The notes under the pieces were generated by a model, which was not told the DNA's origin, ran no database searches, and saw nothing but the letters and a program-made list of their open reading frames with translations. Positions 54,243-64,000 of a stretch of DNA of 64,000 nt are shown one piece after another. Origin of the DNA: Prasinococcaceae sp. CCMP 1430 (taxonomy: Eukaryota > Plantae > Prasinodermophyta); the NCBI GenBank assembly GCA_013416795.1, contig RQSC01000806.1, forward strand, positions 62,001 through 126,000, given 5' to 3'. Numbering within the stretch: the stretch's first letter is position 1; each line of letters opens with the position of its first letter. The translations under genes were made by a program, and so were the position numbers.

Positions 54243-57038
54243 CTACGCCCTGTTGACGAACGCACGCAGGCGCTCCTCGAAGGTGGGCCCGAGGGCTGCG
54301 ATGCGCTCCGCGAACGCGCCACTCCAGCGCGCGTACATCTCTTGGTCGAAGGGCGATATGCGGTCGACGAGCGCGCGCGCCTCGTCGGGCGACGGTGCCA
54401 GCGCCTCGTTCCCCGGACCCGCGAGGCCCGAAAAATTCACGGCCGGTGCGATCTCGCTGTGATCCCTCTGGACCGTCTCCTTTCTGCTGTTGGCCCTCTT
54501 GTATGCCACATGCCTGAGCCCCGTCGCATCGGAGAGCAGCAGCATCGTGGCATCGAATTGCTCCGTCGTCCCAACAATGTCAAACAGTTCCAAGCCCTCG
54601 TTCAGAGCAGTGAGCATAGTGCGATCGGAGACCAAGGACGAGTTGGCCGCCTGCCGCGCGAGGTACAGTGGCGTTGTGCGTTCGCCCGTCGACTCGTCCA
54701 CCTTGTATGCCTTTGCCCGCGACGGGAAGCCTACATTTGGGTCATGCAGCAGAGTCAGCGTCTGCAGGTTTGGTATTGCCCACTCGTGGAAGGCGCTGCC
54801 GTAGGCCAGCTCGTGCCTCGCGCCTGGAGCTTGATACTGCTGCACGAAGTGGTGGTAGTACGACACGTAGAACGCCCGTGGCTCGCGCACTATCGTCAGG
54901 AGCACCGTCTTGCACGCGGACCCGCTTCGCCTCTCGCGGTCGCGCAGCGCTGCGATGCGCGACAGGAACTTGTCGTCTGCTCGCATGGGCTGCGGCGGGT
55001 GCAACTCGACGAATACGCGCGGATGCGCTGATGGGTCTTTCTCGATGTCCGTCAGCAGCCGCGCCAGCGAACACCGGCGCTCGCCCTTGGCCAGCTTGTA
55101 AACCGTCCCGCCTTCCGTGGAGGCCCTCGTGCATGGCACGTCCTCGTGTACGTCGGCTGTGTTCATGGTGTTGGAACCCCAATAGACAACATCGTCCCAC
55201 ACCCCCAGTCGGCGGAACATATTGCGGACCGTCGTGCCACCCGTCTTCTCGACGTGATAAAAGAAGACTCGGACGCATTCGCTCGGAGCGGTGATGACTG
55301 ACCCGGGCGGAGGCTCTTGCGGTGGCTGCTCCTTGCACGCCGAGGGCGGCACAGGCACCAGCGGGGGAGAAGCCAGCGAGGGCGACGGCCCTTCGGAGCG
55401 CCCGCTCGGTGCACCACCGTCCCGGCTGGCTGCATGCTCGGCGGACGGCCACCGTTCAAACTTGCGCTTTGCGCGCTCGCCAAGCACCTGAAGAAGCACG
55501 CCGACGGCGTCGTTATCGAACACGGCCGCGGCGGAGATGCGATCGCCGATGGCTTCGGTGCCGCGCGGCGTGTGGCCGCTGCGCGTCGCGCTCATTAACG
55601 GCTCCCGATACAGGCTACTGTACAGAAGCTTCTCCCAGACGCGTGCTTTCGCCATTGCTGCTTGCATGCGCTCCACGTCGGAGCTGTCGAGTGCAGCCAA
55701 GCGCCCTGGCAGGTGCTCCACCTCGTCGAGTGCCGCGCTCAAAGAAAACTCTTCCCACGTGATTCCCCCGGGACCGGAGAGCGGGGGTTCAACGCGCCTG
55801 CCAGCGCGACCCCCGCCCACGAATACGGGGAGGCACCCAAACAGTGCTGCGTGCAGCAGTGTTGCCTCGTCGCCCCCGAAGGTTGTGCGAGGCACAACGC
55901 AGAAGACCGCTCGCCGCATCTCCTTCGCCATGTTTGCGCGCACCGGCCGCCTGCAGCTGCCGACAGTGGCCGATCCCGCCGCTCGCAGGGCCGCAATGCC
56001 GCCGACTGCGACTGGCCCCGTGGCTCCGCCGCTGCGGCTGTCGCCGATGCCTGCGCGCGCCATCTCACCCTCGCGGTAGGTTCGCAGCAACTTGGCGCAG
56101 CACGCTGCCTGCTCGTGCTCGCGCGCCTCCTGGCAGTCCAGGTAATTGAGCACGCGCGCCCCCGGCATCGTGCGGAGACGATTCCACACGTGTGCGGCGC
56201 CCGTCGCGACCGCGTTTCCGTCCGCGCTGCCACCTGCGCCTCCCTCGTCCGCATCGCATATTTGCGTGCCCCTCATGACGCCTGCGTAGAACAGACGCGT
56301 GTCGCGGGCTGGACCTCGACTACCCCCCGCCTCCTCCCAGCCTGTCGGCCGCTGCTGTTCTGGAGTGTACGGAGACCAGAGCAGCAGTTCCTGTCGTGTG
56401 TAGCCGCCATCGTTAGGCAACAACGCCGGCGGCGTATCAAGCGGCGGGAGTGCTACGTCCTTGCCCGTCTGGAAGCACGCCCGGCAAGGGACGAGGCTGG
56501 CAGGCCCTGCGTATGTGCGCGGCTCGCCGCGCGCAGTCACCCCACCACCGCGAGCCGCCTCGGGGCCGTCGCGGAGGCCAGCGGGCGTGAGGTGCACCAG
56601 CGCGCGCGTGGGCGAGGCAGGGTCGTAGTGGGAATTCGACGATTCGAGCAAGTCGACGCCAGTATCCGAGATTGGCACACTGCCGCCAACGTCTCCCCGG
56701 GGGGTGTAGAGCACCAAGTGCCTCGCCTGCCCAGCCGCAGCCGTCCGGTTGAAGAATGGGTAACGTCCTCGGACGTAGTCGAGAGTCGCGGCTCTGGCAC
56801 CGGGGTGGGCCAGGGCCGGCAGCGGCACGTACCAGTAGTCGGCCTCCTCGGGGTTGTCGACATGCGCCGCGTCCGATCGCAGCCGGGTCACGAGCGCCTC
56901 GCACTCGTGCGAGGCTGCGCAGTGCGTGTGCAACGCAGGCGGCAGCGAGTACACGTACACGCGAGCAGCCGCAGGTGCATCCCCTCCCGCGGCGGCCACC
57001 GCAGCCGCCGCAATCGAGACTATGGAGAGCGCCGCCAT
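54243..57038 (-). CDS. Secretory-pathway exostosin (GT47) glycosyltransferase fused to a C-terminal sulfotransferase-like domain
   Basis: Signal-like MAALSIVSIAAAAVAAA; GT47 motifs RVYVYSLP, NPEEADYWYVP, MRRAVFCVVP, GCLPVFV; sulfotransferase motifs FFYHVEKTGGTT, TIVREP..YVSYY, FDIVGTTEQFDATMLLL; single 931-aa frame. Confidence 0.82.
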   Translation of the reverse strand: MAALSIVSIAAAAVAAAGGDAPAAARVYVYSLPPALHTHCAASHECEALVTRLRSDAAHVDNPEEADYWYVPLPALAHPGARAATLDYVRGRYPFFNRTAAAGQARHLVLYTPRGDVGGSVPISDTGVDLLESSNSHYDPASPTRALVHLTPAGLRDGPEAARGGGVTARGEPRTYAGPASLVPCRACFQTGKDVALPPLDTPPALLPNDGGYTRQELLLWSPYTPEQQRPTGWEEAGGSRGPARDTRLFYAGVMRGTQICDADEGGAGGSADGNAVATGAAHVWNRLRTMPGARVLNYLDCQEAREHEQAACCAKLLRTYREGEMARAGIGDSRSGGATGPVAVGGIAALRAAGSATVGSCRRPVRANMAKEMRRAVFCVVPRTTFGGDEATLLHAALFGCLPVFVGGGRAGRRVEPPLSGPGGITWEEFSLSAALDEVEHLPGRLAALDSSDVERMQAAMAKARVWEKLLYSSLYREPLMSATRSGHTPRGTEAIGDRISAAAVFDNDAVGVLLQVLGERAKRKFERWPSAEHAASRDGGAPSGRSEGPSPSLASPPLVPVPPSACKEQPPQEPPPGSVITAPSECVRVFFYHVEKTGGTTVRNMFRRLGVWDDVVYWGSNTMNTADVHEDVPCTRASTEGGTVYKLAKGERRCSLARLLTDIEKDPSAHPRVFVELHPPQPMRADDKFLSRIAALRDRERRSGSACKTVLLTIVREPRAFYVSYYHHFVQQYQAPGARHELAYGSAFHEWAIPNLQTLTLLHDPNVGFPSRAKAYKVDESTGERTTPLYLARQAANSSLVSDRTMLTALNEGLELFDIVGTTEQFDATMLLLSDATGLRHVAYKRANSRKETVQRDHSEIAPAVNFSGLAGPGNEALAPSPDEARALVDRISPFDQEMYARWSGAFAERIAALGPTFEERLRAFVNRA

Positions 57039-57677
57039 GAGCGGGAGCGGCGGAGGGGGCGACCGTCGCCGCCCGCATGGCCGCCGCGGCCACGGCAGCG
57101 CCGCTGCGCGCGGTGTCATCGCGCGTGCGGCGCGCGCGCGCTGGCGGGGCGCCCGCAGGGCCGCGTCCCCCCACCCCCTGGGTGTGCGCCGGGGAACGGC
57201 CGCCCTCTGAGAACGATCGCGTCTCGGGCGCTCGCGCGTGTGCACTAGTCTCCCGTGGCTTGATATGTTTGCATTTCGATTGCATACCTATTCGTCGCTG
57301 ATCAGTCCGTAGACCGCAGAGGCATGCCGCCATCGGAACCGGCGTTGCGCGGCGCGAACTCGTCACCGGCGGAAGTTTTTCCGGCGCGAAAGAAAAGAGG
57401 GAAGCGCCGCGCAGGGGAGGCGCGCGGCGGCGCCACAGCGTGCACGCTAGGTGCGGCAGGGGTGGCGCGTGGGACGAGCATCGAGGACGAGCGAGCCGCC
57501 TTGGGGATCGAGCCTCGCGGGAGAAGGGGCCACGCAGCGGGGCGGGCCTGGAGCCGCCGGCCGAGCGCTGTGCCGCCGTCGCGGCAGCCCGCGCAGCGCC
57601 GCCGTGTTGAGAGGGGCGCCGCAGTACACATTGTTGTCGCTCCATCCGCATTTGAAAAGTCGGCGCTGCTGAGGGAG

Positions 57678-58124
57678 ATGGCTGCGGCTGTCGCCGACGA
57701 GAAGGCGGCTGTGCTGGCGCATGTTGAGGGCGCGTCGGGCAGCGGTGTGCCCACTGCGGTCGAGGTGGAGCCCCCGCCGTCTGACGCCGCCCATCCTGAT
57801 CAGGGCCCTGCGGACAACGTCCCGTTCGGCCACGTGCAGGCCCCACGCGTGGACCTCGCCAGAGGCGAGACGCTCGTGTGCCCCGCGGGGAAGCCCAAAT
57901 TCATCGGCGCCACGCGTGGCAGGCACCCCATCCAGGTTTATTGCGAGGGCGGGTGCGGCTTTCGAGGCGAGGCGCGCATGGAGAAGCGCTGGGGCGGTGG
58001 GTCCTGGATGTGGAGCTTGATGACACTCGGGATCGGCGCGCCGTGGGGCAAGTGCGTTGCTGGCGACGTGGTGCACGTGTGTCCTCAGTGTGGGCGCGAG
58101 CTCGCGGTGAGCGCGATCTTTTAA
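57678..58124 (+). CDS. LITAF-domain protein
   Basis: C-terminal P.QVYCEGGC..GGGSWMWSLMTLGIG..DVVHVCPQCG.EL: a Zn knuckle pair flanking a hydrophobic segment. Confidence 0.75.
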   Translation: MAAAVADEKAAVLAHVEGASGSGVPTAVEVEPPPSDAAHPDQGPADNVPFGHVQAPRVDLARGETLVCPAGKPKFIGATRGRHPIQVYCEGGCGFRGEARMEKRWGGGSWMWSLMTLGIGAPWGKCVAGDVVHVCPQCGRELAVSAIF

Positions 58125-58251
58125 ATGAGCGCGTGCCAGCTGTGCGTGGTACGAGGAGTGAGCGAGACGGAGTCTCGAGCCGAGAGAGGAGACCGGAGGC
58201 GCTACGGTGTCAATGGGGACCGACGGGGACCGTTTGGTGCGTATTCACTTT

Positions 58252-59881
58252 TTACCCGATGAGCCCCGTGAAGCGAGCGACGATGAAGAATACTGCGACG
58301 CCGATGCAAACCAGTATGACCAAGCAGATGAGCCTGTATCGCTGTGTGGACAACTGGAACTTGCGCGCCTTTTGCACCTGCACCTTCGCCTCGAAGGTGT
58401 ACTCCGTCGCCTTGGAGACGTGCATCTCTATATTGTCGATCGTCTCGCCCTGCCAGTGCGTGCGCGCTAGCGTCAGCTCGCCCGCCAGAGCGCAGCCGGC
58501 GTAGGCGAGGCAGGCGAACTTGTATCAAGATGTCGCAAGCGTGGCAAACAGCCACAGCAATGGGCCGCGACAGTGGCGCCGACCACCGATATAAAGTGAC
58601 ACATTCGCGCTGTCTCTTCCCGCGCGTTGCGACCACGCGCCATCGCGCCGCGTTTTTCATCGCAACGCATGCCTCGGACGCTCACGCCGCCCACCATTGA
58701 CCACTTCACCACGTACCTGCTGATCCACCAATGTGGCGAGGTCTGTGAACATCTGGTGCAGCGCGAGCAGTCCCTGTTCAATTTCCTTGACTGCCTCGTG
58801 CCGCTCGTGGATCTCAGCTACGGTATCCATCACCTGCCCCCTGCCCTGCTCGAGTATGGCCTTCTCGAAGACCTGCTCAGACTCGCCAGTGTCGATGAGC
58901 TCCTCGAGCTCTTCGTCATCAGGCCGCTCACCGGTCACCGTAAACACGCGCCGCTCCACTGTCTTTTTGTAGTCCTCCTGAATAGCCTGGCGTAGCTCGA
59001 TGAAGTCTACCATCGTCGCCCTCAGCCGCTTGGCCATGGTAACTGTCAGCGCCTCGCGCGAGCGCATGGCGGCCGTGTACTTCCCGTCGTTCTCTGCGAT
59101 GAGCTCGGCGTTCTCTTGGGCCAGTGCCTCGAGCTTTTTCTTCGTGGCGGCACCCAGCGCGCTAATAGCGCCCATCTCCGAGCGGCTCTTCTCGCGCAGC
59201 TCGGCGACCGCATCAGCGCGTACAGCCGCATTCGCCTGTTCGTGCAGCTCGCGCATCTTTTGCAGCTTCGACCGCAGCGTGGCATCGCTCTTTTTCACCT
59301 CGGCCACCTGGCGCATGAACGCGTGCATCTCCTTCGACGACGCCGATGCAGCCCCCTCAGACTCATCGGCCTCGCCATTTATCTCCCCATCGCCGCCATC
59401 GCCCCCGTCCACCACTTCTGCCACGGGGATCTCTGTGGCCGCGGCCTCTTGCTCAGCCGCGCGCGCCGCGGCTACAGCACTCGCTATATCCACGGCACTT
59501 GTGTCACGACCGAAGGGCTCAGCCTCGCTCTCCGGTGGCTCCACGGCGTTGATGCTGATGCTCACGTGGTCGCCTTCAAATGTCATGCCCGTCTTCACAT
59601 CGTTCTTGCCCCTGCTCGTTCCCGCCCCAGCGCGGTCACTCGTCCGCTGCACAAGGACGAGCGCGCGCGCGCGCGTGCGTCAGCGGCGCGGTGTACACGT
59701 GACTCCCGGCGCCACCCCACGCCATGATCGGCACCAAGTAGCCATTGTCTAATCAACGCACCGCCTCCACTCGAGCATCGGCATCTGCCACCCCCGTTGC
59801 CCACGCAGGCGTGCCTCCCCCCCCGCCGCCAGTCAGATCGCCGAAAGGGTTGCTGCTGCCACCACCGAGCAGGTCGTTCAT
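58252..59881 (-). CDS. SYP1: Plasma-membrane-type Qa-SNARE syntaxin (SYP1-like); exons 59881..59762, 59646..58717, 58449..58252
   Basis: MNDLL start, Habc helices, TVTGERPDDEELEELIDTGESEQVFEKAILEQGRGQV, IHERHEAVKEIEQGLLALHQMFTDLATLVDQQ|GETIDNIE, C-terminal TM. Confidence 0.92.
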
Positions 59882-60423
59882 GGTCGCGCAGATGGCCCGC
59901 CTTGCCCCCCGTGCACCGTGGCGGCACGCCCCTGGCGCGTCGCGGCGCCTCCCGTGCGAGATCCAACGCCTGCGGCGCGGTCGGCGCACGCCTTTGCGGC
60001 GCTGCCTGCGCCGCGGCCGGTGCGGCGCGCGCGCGCGCGCAGTGTGGTGGTGGTGGGTGTTTGGCGTTTCCGCCGTTTATTTTTCCTTTGAATCTCTTCA
60101 ACTTTTGACACGCGCGCACCCGGAAGGTCAAGGGGCTGGTCGTGCCCCCCAGCATGCGCCTTGGCGCGGGGGGAGGGTGTGGGGGTGTGGGTGGGAGTCC
60201 ATCGGCGGCGCCCGACGTTAGGTCGGCCTCATCAGCGAGCCCGCCTCCCCCTCCCCTCCCAGTCGCTCCCTTGCATCGAGGCAGAGAGAGGCGCACACGC
60301 GCGTGGCTGGCAGCGCCGAGTCCGGGCGGCGCCCAATTGTACTTGACTTAATCGAGCGAGCTATGGGTACAGGTACAGGTAACACAAAGTACAAGGCGCG
60401 GGAGGGGCGGCGAGGGCGCGGCT

Positions 60424-61378
60424 CTAGATGAGGAGAACGGCCAGGATCATGCCGGCGGTCATGACCACGAAGAGCGCCGCGGTCCAGCCCGCGAGACCGC
60501 TGTCGGCGATGGCTTCGCGCCCATCACCGCCACCGCAGTCGTAATTGCACAGGGCGGCGAGCACCCCGCGCCCGGCGCCGATCATCTCGTGCACGACGTC
60601 GAGCGCCGGCCGCAGATTTCGCACGACGAGCGCGAGCACAAGCATGCCCACTAGTCGCATGTCGCTGTACTTCCCCCCGCCGCTCTTGTAGTACTGCGGG
60701 GCAGGCGCGGGTCAGCACGAGCCCCACGGAGCGCGCAATCGTCTCGGGCATGCAACAGGCCCAGGCGCGTGCGCCTACGCAGCTTCACCCGGAGGCTCGC
60801 GCGCGCTCAAGTACTCAGCAGCAGCGCAACGGCCTCACCAGCGTATCGAGGTCGTACTTCTGCCTGGCCGCCCTGTCGCTCACGACAGCGCCGTCGCCGC
60901 TGCTCGTACTCTCGCTGTCGAGCTCGCACAAGAGCGCCGCCAGCGCGTGCAGTCGCGCTGCACGTGGTCGCGCGCCCAGCAGCCCTCGCAACCGCGTCGC
61001 GCCGTACCGCCCCTGCTGTGCGCTCTTGCCGCCCGCGCCACTGCCCGCCCCGTCACGCACGTTGGTCTCCTCGACGGTCGGCGCGCGCCCGCGTCCGTGC
61101 ACCGGCACCACGCCCTGCCGCCCCACGGGCGCCTTGCAGGCAGGGCACGTCGGCTGCGTCGCGTTGCGCTCGTTCGCCACCTGCCACGCGCCGAGGCACT
61201 CCCAGCAGAACAGGTGTCCGCAGGTGGTCACCACGGGGTCGCACGCGGCCTCCATGCACACGTAGCATTCCCACATGCCCACCGCGCCGTCCCCTCGCGC
61301 AGCGCTGGGCACGCGACGCAGCCCCCCCACGTCGGCGCCTGACGAGACCTCCCCGCCCCTCTCGCTTCCGCCCACCAT
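60424..61378 (-). CDS. C3HC4 RING E3 ligase, RNF5/RNF185/RMA-like, with C-terminal hydrophobic segments; exons 61378..60839, 60693..60424
   Basis: WECYVCME..DPVVTTCGHLFCWECL..CPACKA..VVPVHGRG; the phase-0 intron joins a hydrophobic final exon. Confidence 0.82.
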
Positions 61379-61440
61379 CTCGGCCACCGCCGTATCCGCG
61401 CGCTGACCGCCCTCGTCCGCACGCACCGCGCGCGCAGCAC

Positions 61441-62085
61441 GTCGAGCGCGAGGAGGAGGCCGCGCGCGCCGAGCGCGAGCAGGAAGAGGAGGGCGACAAG
61501 ATGCGCGCGCTGGAGAACAAGACGAAGCAGTCCAAGCGAGAGATGGAGCTGCTCGAGGCGCTCGACGAGATGACGCACCTCCGCCGCCGGCAGGAAATGG
61601 CCGGGCCCGAAGCGGCGCTGCGGGCGCTCCACGCCGCGGAGTACGCCAAGGAGCCCGAGGGCGACACCGAGCTGGAGGCCGTCGGCGGCGTCGGTGGGAG
61701 CGAGGGCGCCGGCGGTAGCGGCGGCGGCGCGGACGCCGGAGCGCAGGCGGCGGCCAGCCTGGCCGCCGAGGCTGANNNNNNNNNNNNNNNNNNNNNNNNN
61801 NNNNNNNNNNNNNNNNNNNNNNNNNNNNNNNNNNNNNNNNNNNNNNNNNNNNNNNNNNNNNNNNNNNNNNNNNNNNNNNNNNNNNNNNNNNNNNNNNNNN
61901 NNNNNNNNNNNNNNNNNNNNNNNNNNNNNNNNNNNNNCGCCGCCGCGGCGGGTCAGTCGGCGCCGCCGCCGGCGCCGCGCCCGTTCGTTCGCGAGCGGCT
62001 GACCGAACGGGCGCAAAACGCAGAGGATGCGTGCAAAAACACAAGGGGCACAGTTTCTGGCATCTCTGTTGCGCACACTCATTAA
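61441..62085 (+). CDS. YJU2/CWC16 (CCDC94)-like C-terminal fragment lacking the N-terminal zinc domain; possibly a pseudogene
   Basis: EEEGDKMRALENKTKQSKREMELLEALDEM resembles the CCDC94 coiled-coil motif; interrupted by the gap 61776..61937. Confidence 0.55.
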   Translation, partial: VEREEEAARAEREQEEEGDKMRALENKTKQSKREMELLEALDEMTHLRRRQEMAGPEAALRALHAAEYAKEPEGDTELEAVGGVGGSEGAGGSGGGADAGAQAAASLAAEAXXXXXXXXXXXXXXXXXXXXXXXXXXXXXXXXXXXXXXXXXXXXXXXXXXXXXXXAAAAGQSAPPPAPRPFVRERLTERAQNAEDACKNTRGTVSGISVAHTH

Positions 62086-62173
62086 AAACACCCACGGGAA
62101 CACACAATGAGTCATACAGTGGCGCCAGGGTAGTAGGGTGTCACAAAGCCTATGGGTCGATCTAGCTAGCTAG

Positions 62174-62900
62174 CTAGCGCACGCAGCAGACGGCCATGCC
62201 GTCGCCGACGGGCGCGAGCGCATGGTCGACCCGCTCGTCGGCGTACACGAAGTCGTTGAACTCGCGCAGCGCGGCGGTGGTCTTGTCATCCACGCCGGGG
62301 TCGGCGCACTTGCCGTACCACAGCACGTTGTCCACGATGATGAGGCCGCCGGGCCGCACGAGTTTGAGACACTGCTCGTAGTAACCCATGTACCCCCGCT
62401 TGTCCGCGTCGATGAACGCGAGGTCGAAACTCGCGTGGTTGTCCTCGTCGTCCAGAAGCGCCTCCAGCGTGTCCTTTGCAGGCCCGAGACGCGCGTCGAT
62501 GCGATGCGCGAGGCCCGCCCGCTCAAAGTGCGCCTCGGCCTCGGCCATCGCCTTCGGGTCGCGCTCGCACGCGACGAGCGTTCCCCCCTCCTCGAGCGCG
62601 TCAGCAATCGCGAGCGCCGAGTAGCCCGTGAAGACGCCCACCTCAAGTGCCCTCGTGGCGCGCAAGGACCTCACCAGCACTCGCAGCAGCGCGCATTGCT
62701 CGGGCGCGCTCAGCATGTTGGCGCCGCGCTCCTTCGCTGCCGTCTGCTCGCGGCACGCGGCCATGGCCGGCGGCTCGCGCGTGTGCGACAGCACGTACGC
62801 GTACTGGCGCGACGGCGCATCCGCCTCGAACGCAGCCGTTAGCGCCGCAGCGTTCGAAGGCGTCGAAGGCCCCTCGAGCTTCTTGTGTGCCTTGCCATCC
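62174..62900 (-). CDS. Class I SAM-dependent O-methyltransferase family 3 (CCoAOMT-like); N-terminus unresolved
   Basis: YVLSHTRE, PEQCALL, ALEVGVFTGYSAL, FDLAFIDADKRGY..YYE, GGLIIVDNVLWYG, PVGDGM. Confidence 0.92.
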
Positions 62901-63121
62901 CCACCCGCCTCACTGCCTCCCGCATCGCGATGCGCCGCCCACTTGCGCTGGCCGCTGCCGAACGCGCCGCTCCGCGCGCCGACGCCCAAGCCGCCACAGC
63001 CGCCTCCGCCTCCGCCTGGGCCTGAGCAGGGCCCGAGCCCGCCTCTCCCTCCAGCGCCACGCCCATCGCCTCGCCCACCGCGGACACTGCTGCTGCAGGC
63101 TCGCCGGCGGCGCGCGCCGCN

Positions 63122-63606
63122 CCGGCGGTCGCGCGCGTGCGCGCGCTGCTGGGCCGGCGGTGTCGCGCGACGCTCGCAGACGGCCGCGCGCTCGAGGGCG
63201 CGCTGCACTGCGCCGACAAGCAGGGCAACATCATACTCACCGACACCGTCGAGACGCGCTCGGCGCCTGAGGGTGCGCACGCGCGACGCCCGAGCGATAA
63301 TGGCGGCCTCGCCCCAAACCCCCGAACCTCTGCGCGTTCGCGTGTCGCTCGCGCACGCATGCGCTGGCTGCCGCGCGCACGCGTGCGCGCACGCGTGCTG
63401 GCACGCTCGCGGCGGTGGATGGGTCTCTGCGCACCTTGTGCGTGTGGCTGACGCGCGCACTCACGCCTCGCACAGGCTCAAACGCGGCGGAAACGACGCA
63501 GACGCGCACGCTCGGCATGGTGCTCATTCCCGACAAACATCGCGTGGGCTTCGAGGTGGAGGCGACCGACGAGGAGCGCCTGGAGTGGATGTCGCTCGGT
63601 GACTGA
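63122..63606 (+). CDS. Sm-like (LSM) domain protein, NAA38/LSMD1-like; exons <63122..63272, 63476..63606
   Basis: LLGRRCRATLADGRALEGALHCADKQGNIIL (Sm1) and RTLGMVLIPDKH (Sm2), joined in phase 1. Confidence 0.75.
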
Positions 63607-64000
63607 TGCTTGGGGAGCGCGCGCCACACTCGCCGTTCACCTCGGCCAGGGCGCCTCCATTGTATATATATTTATGTGGTCCCTATTTCCGTCGAGGACG
63701 GGCCAGGGCGCGCGTCTGTGCGGGCGGTGGCGCGCTGTCCGCGCTCTCATCACACGCGCCGTGCGCGGGCGCAAGGCTCTGGTCGCATCCATCGCGTGGA
63801 CTTACACGAGCGCAAGCGCAGAGGCGAGCCGCGCACCCTGTTCCAGCACCGTCTGCCTCCACCGCGGCCAGCCGCCCACTCGCCCAAAACATCCACCCCA
63901 CGCTTAGGACGACGAAATTGCGACTAAAACCTAGGGCATCTCGGCCGCCTTGAGCTCGCTCGAGAGCGCGATCCACTTGTCGAGAACCTCGCCGGCCTTG

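Overview
Gene-dense, very GC-rich eukaryotic nuclear DNA with about 37 protein-coding loci in 64 kb. Introns are short GT-AG introns (GTGCG/GTGAG/GTACG donors, CTGAC-like branch points, (GC)n tracts), and the intergenic regions are AT-rich promoter islands. Gene content (OEP61, CDKC/PITAIRE, SPIRAL1-like, CP12-like, PRR, SYP1), a (CCCTAAA)n tract and TGTAA-type 3' signals point to a green alga, probably a compact prasinophyte-grade genome (inference). Five N-gaps fall in extreme-GC stretches, so this is a draft assembly. No rRNA, tRNA, CRISPR array or transposase was seen. The most notable observations are: (1) a bacterial-type Lon protease C-terminal fragment in frame with phosphoserine phosphatase (HGT fusion or contaminant chimera); (2) an intronless exostosin GT47-sulfotransferase fusion; (3) a protein with two CP12 N-terminal motifs and no CP12 C-terminal disulfide; (4) a recurrent 11-bp intergenic motif GTCKCCCGTGG; (5) a triple-repeat SPIRAL1-like protein; (6) a PRR clock protein that keeps the phospho-acceptor Asp; (7) a DpkA/ComC-like Ldh_2 oxidoreductase; (8) an N-truncated YJU2-like locus. 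Exon boundaries were inferred by eye from splice consensus plus frame continuity. Family calls come from recalled motifs, not database searches.
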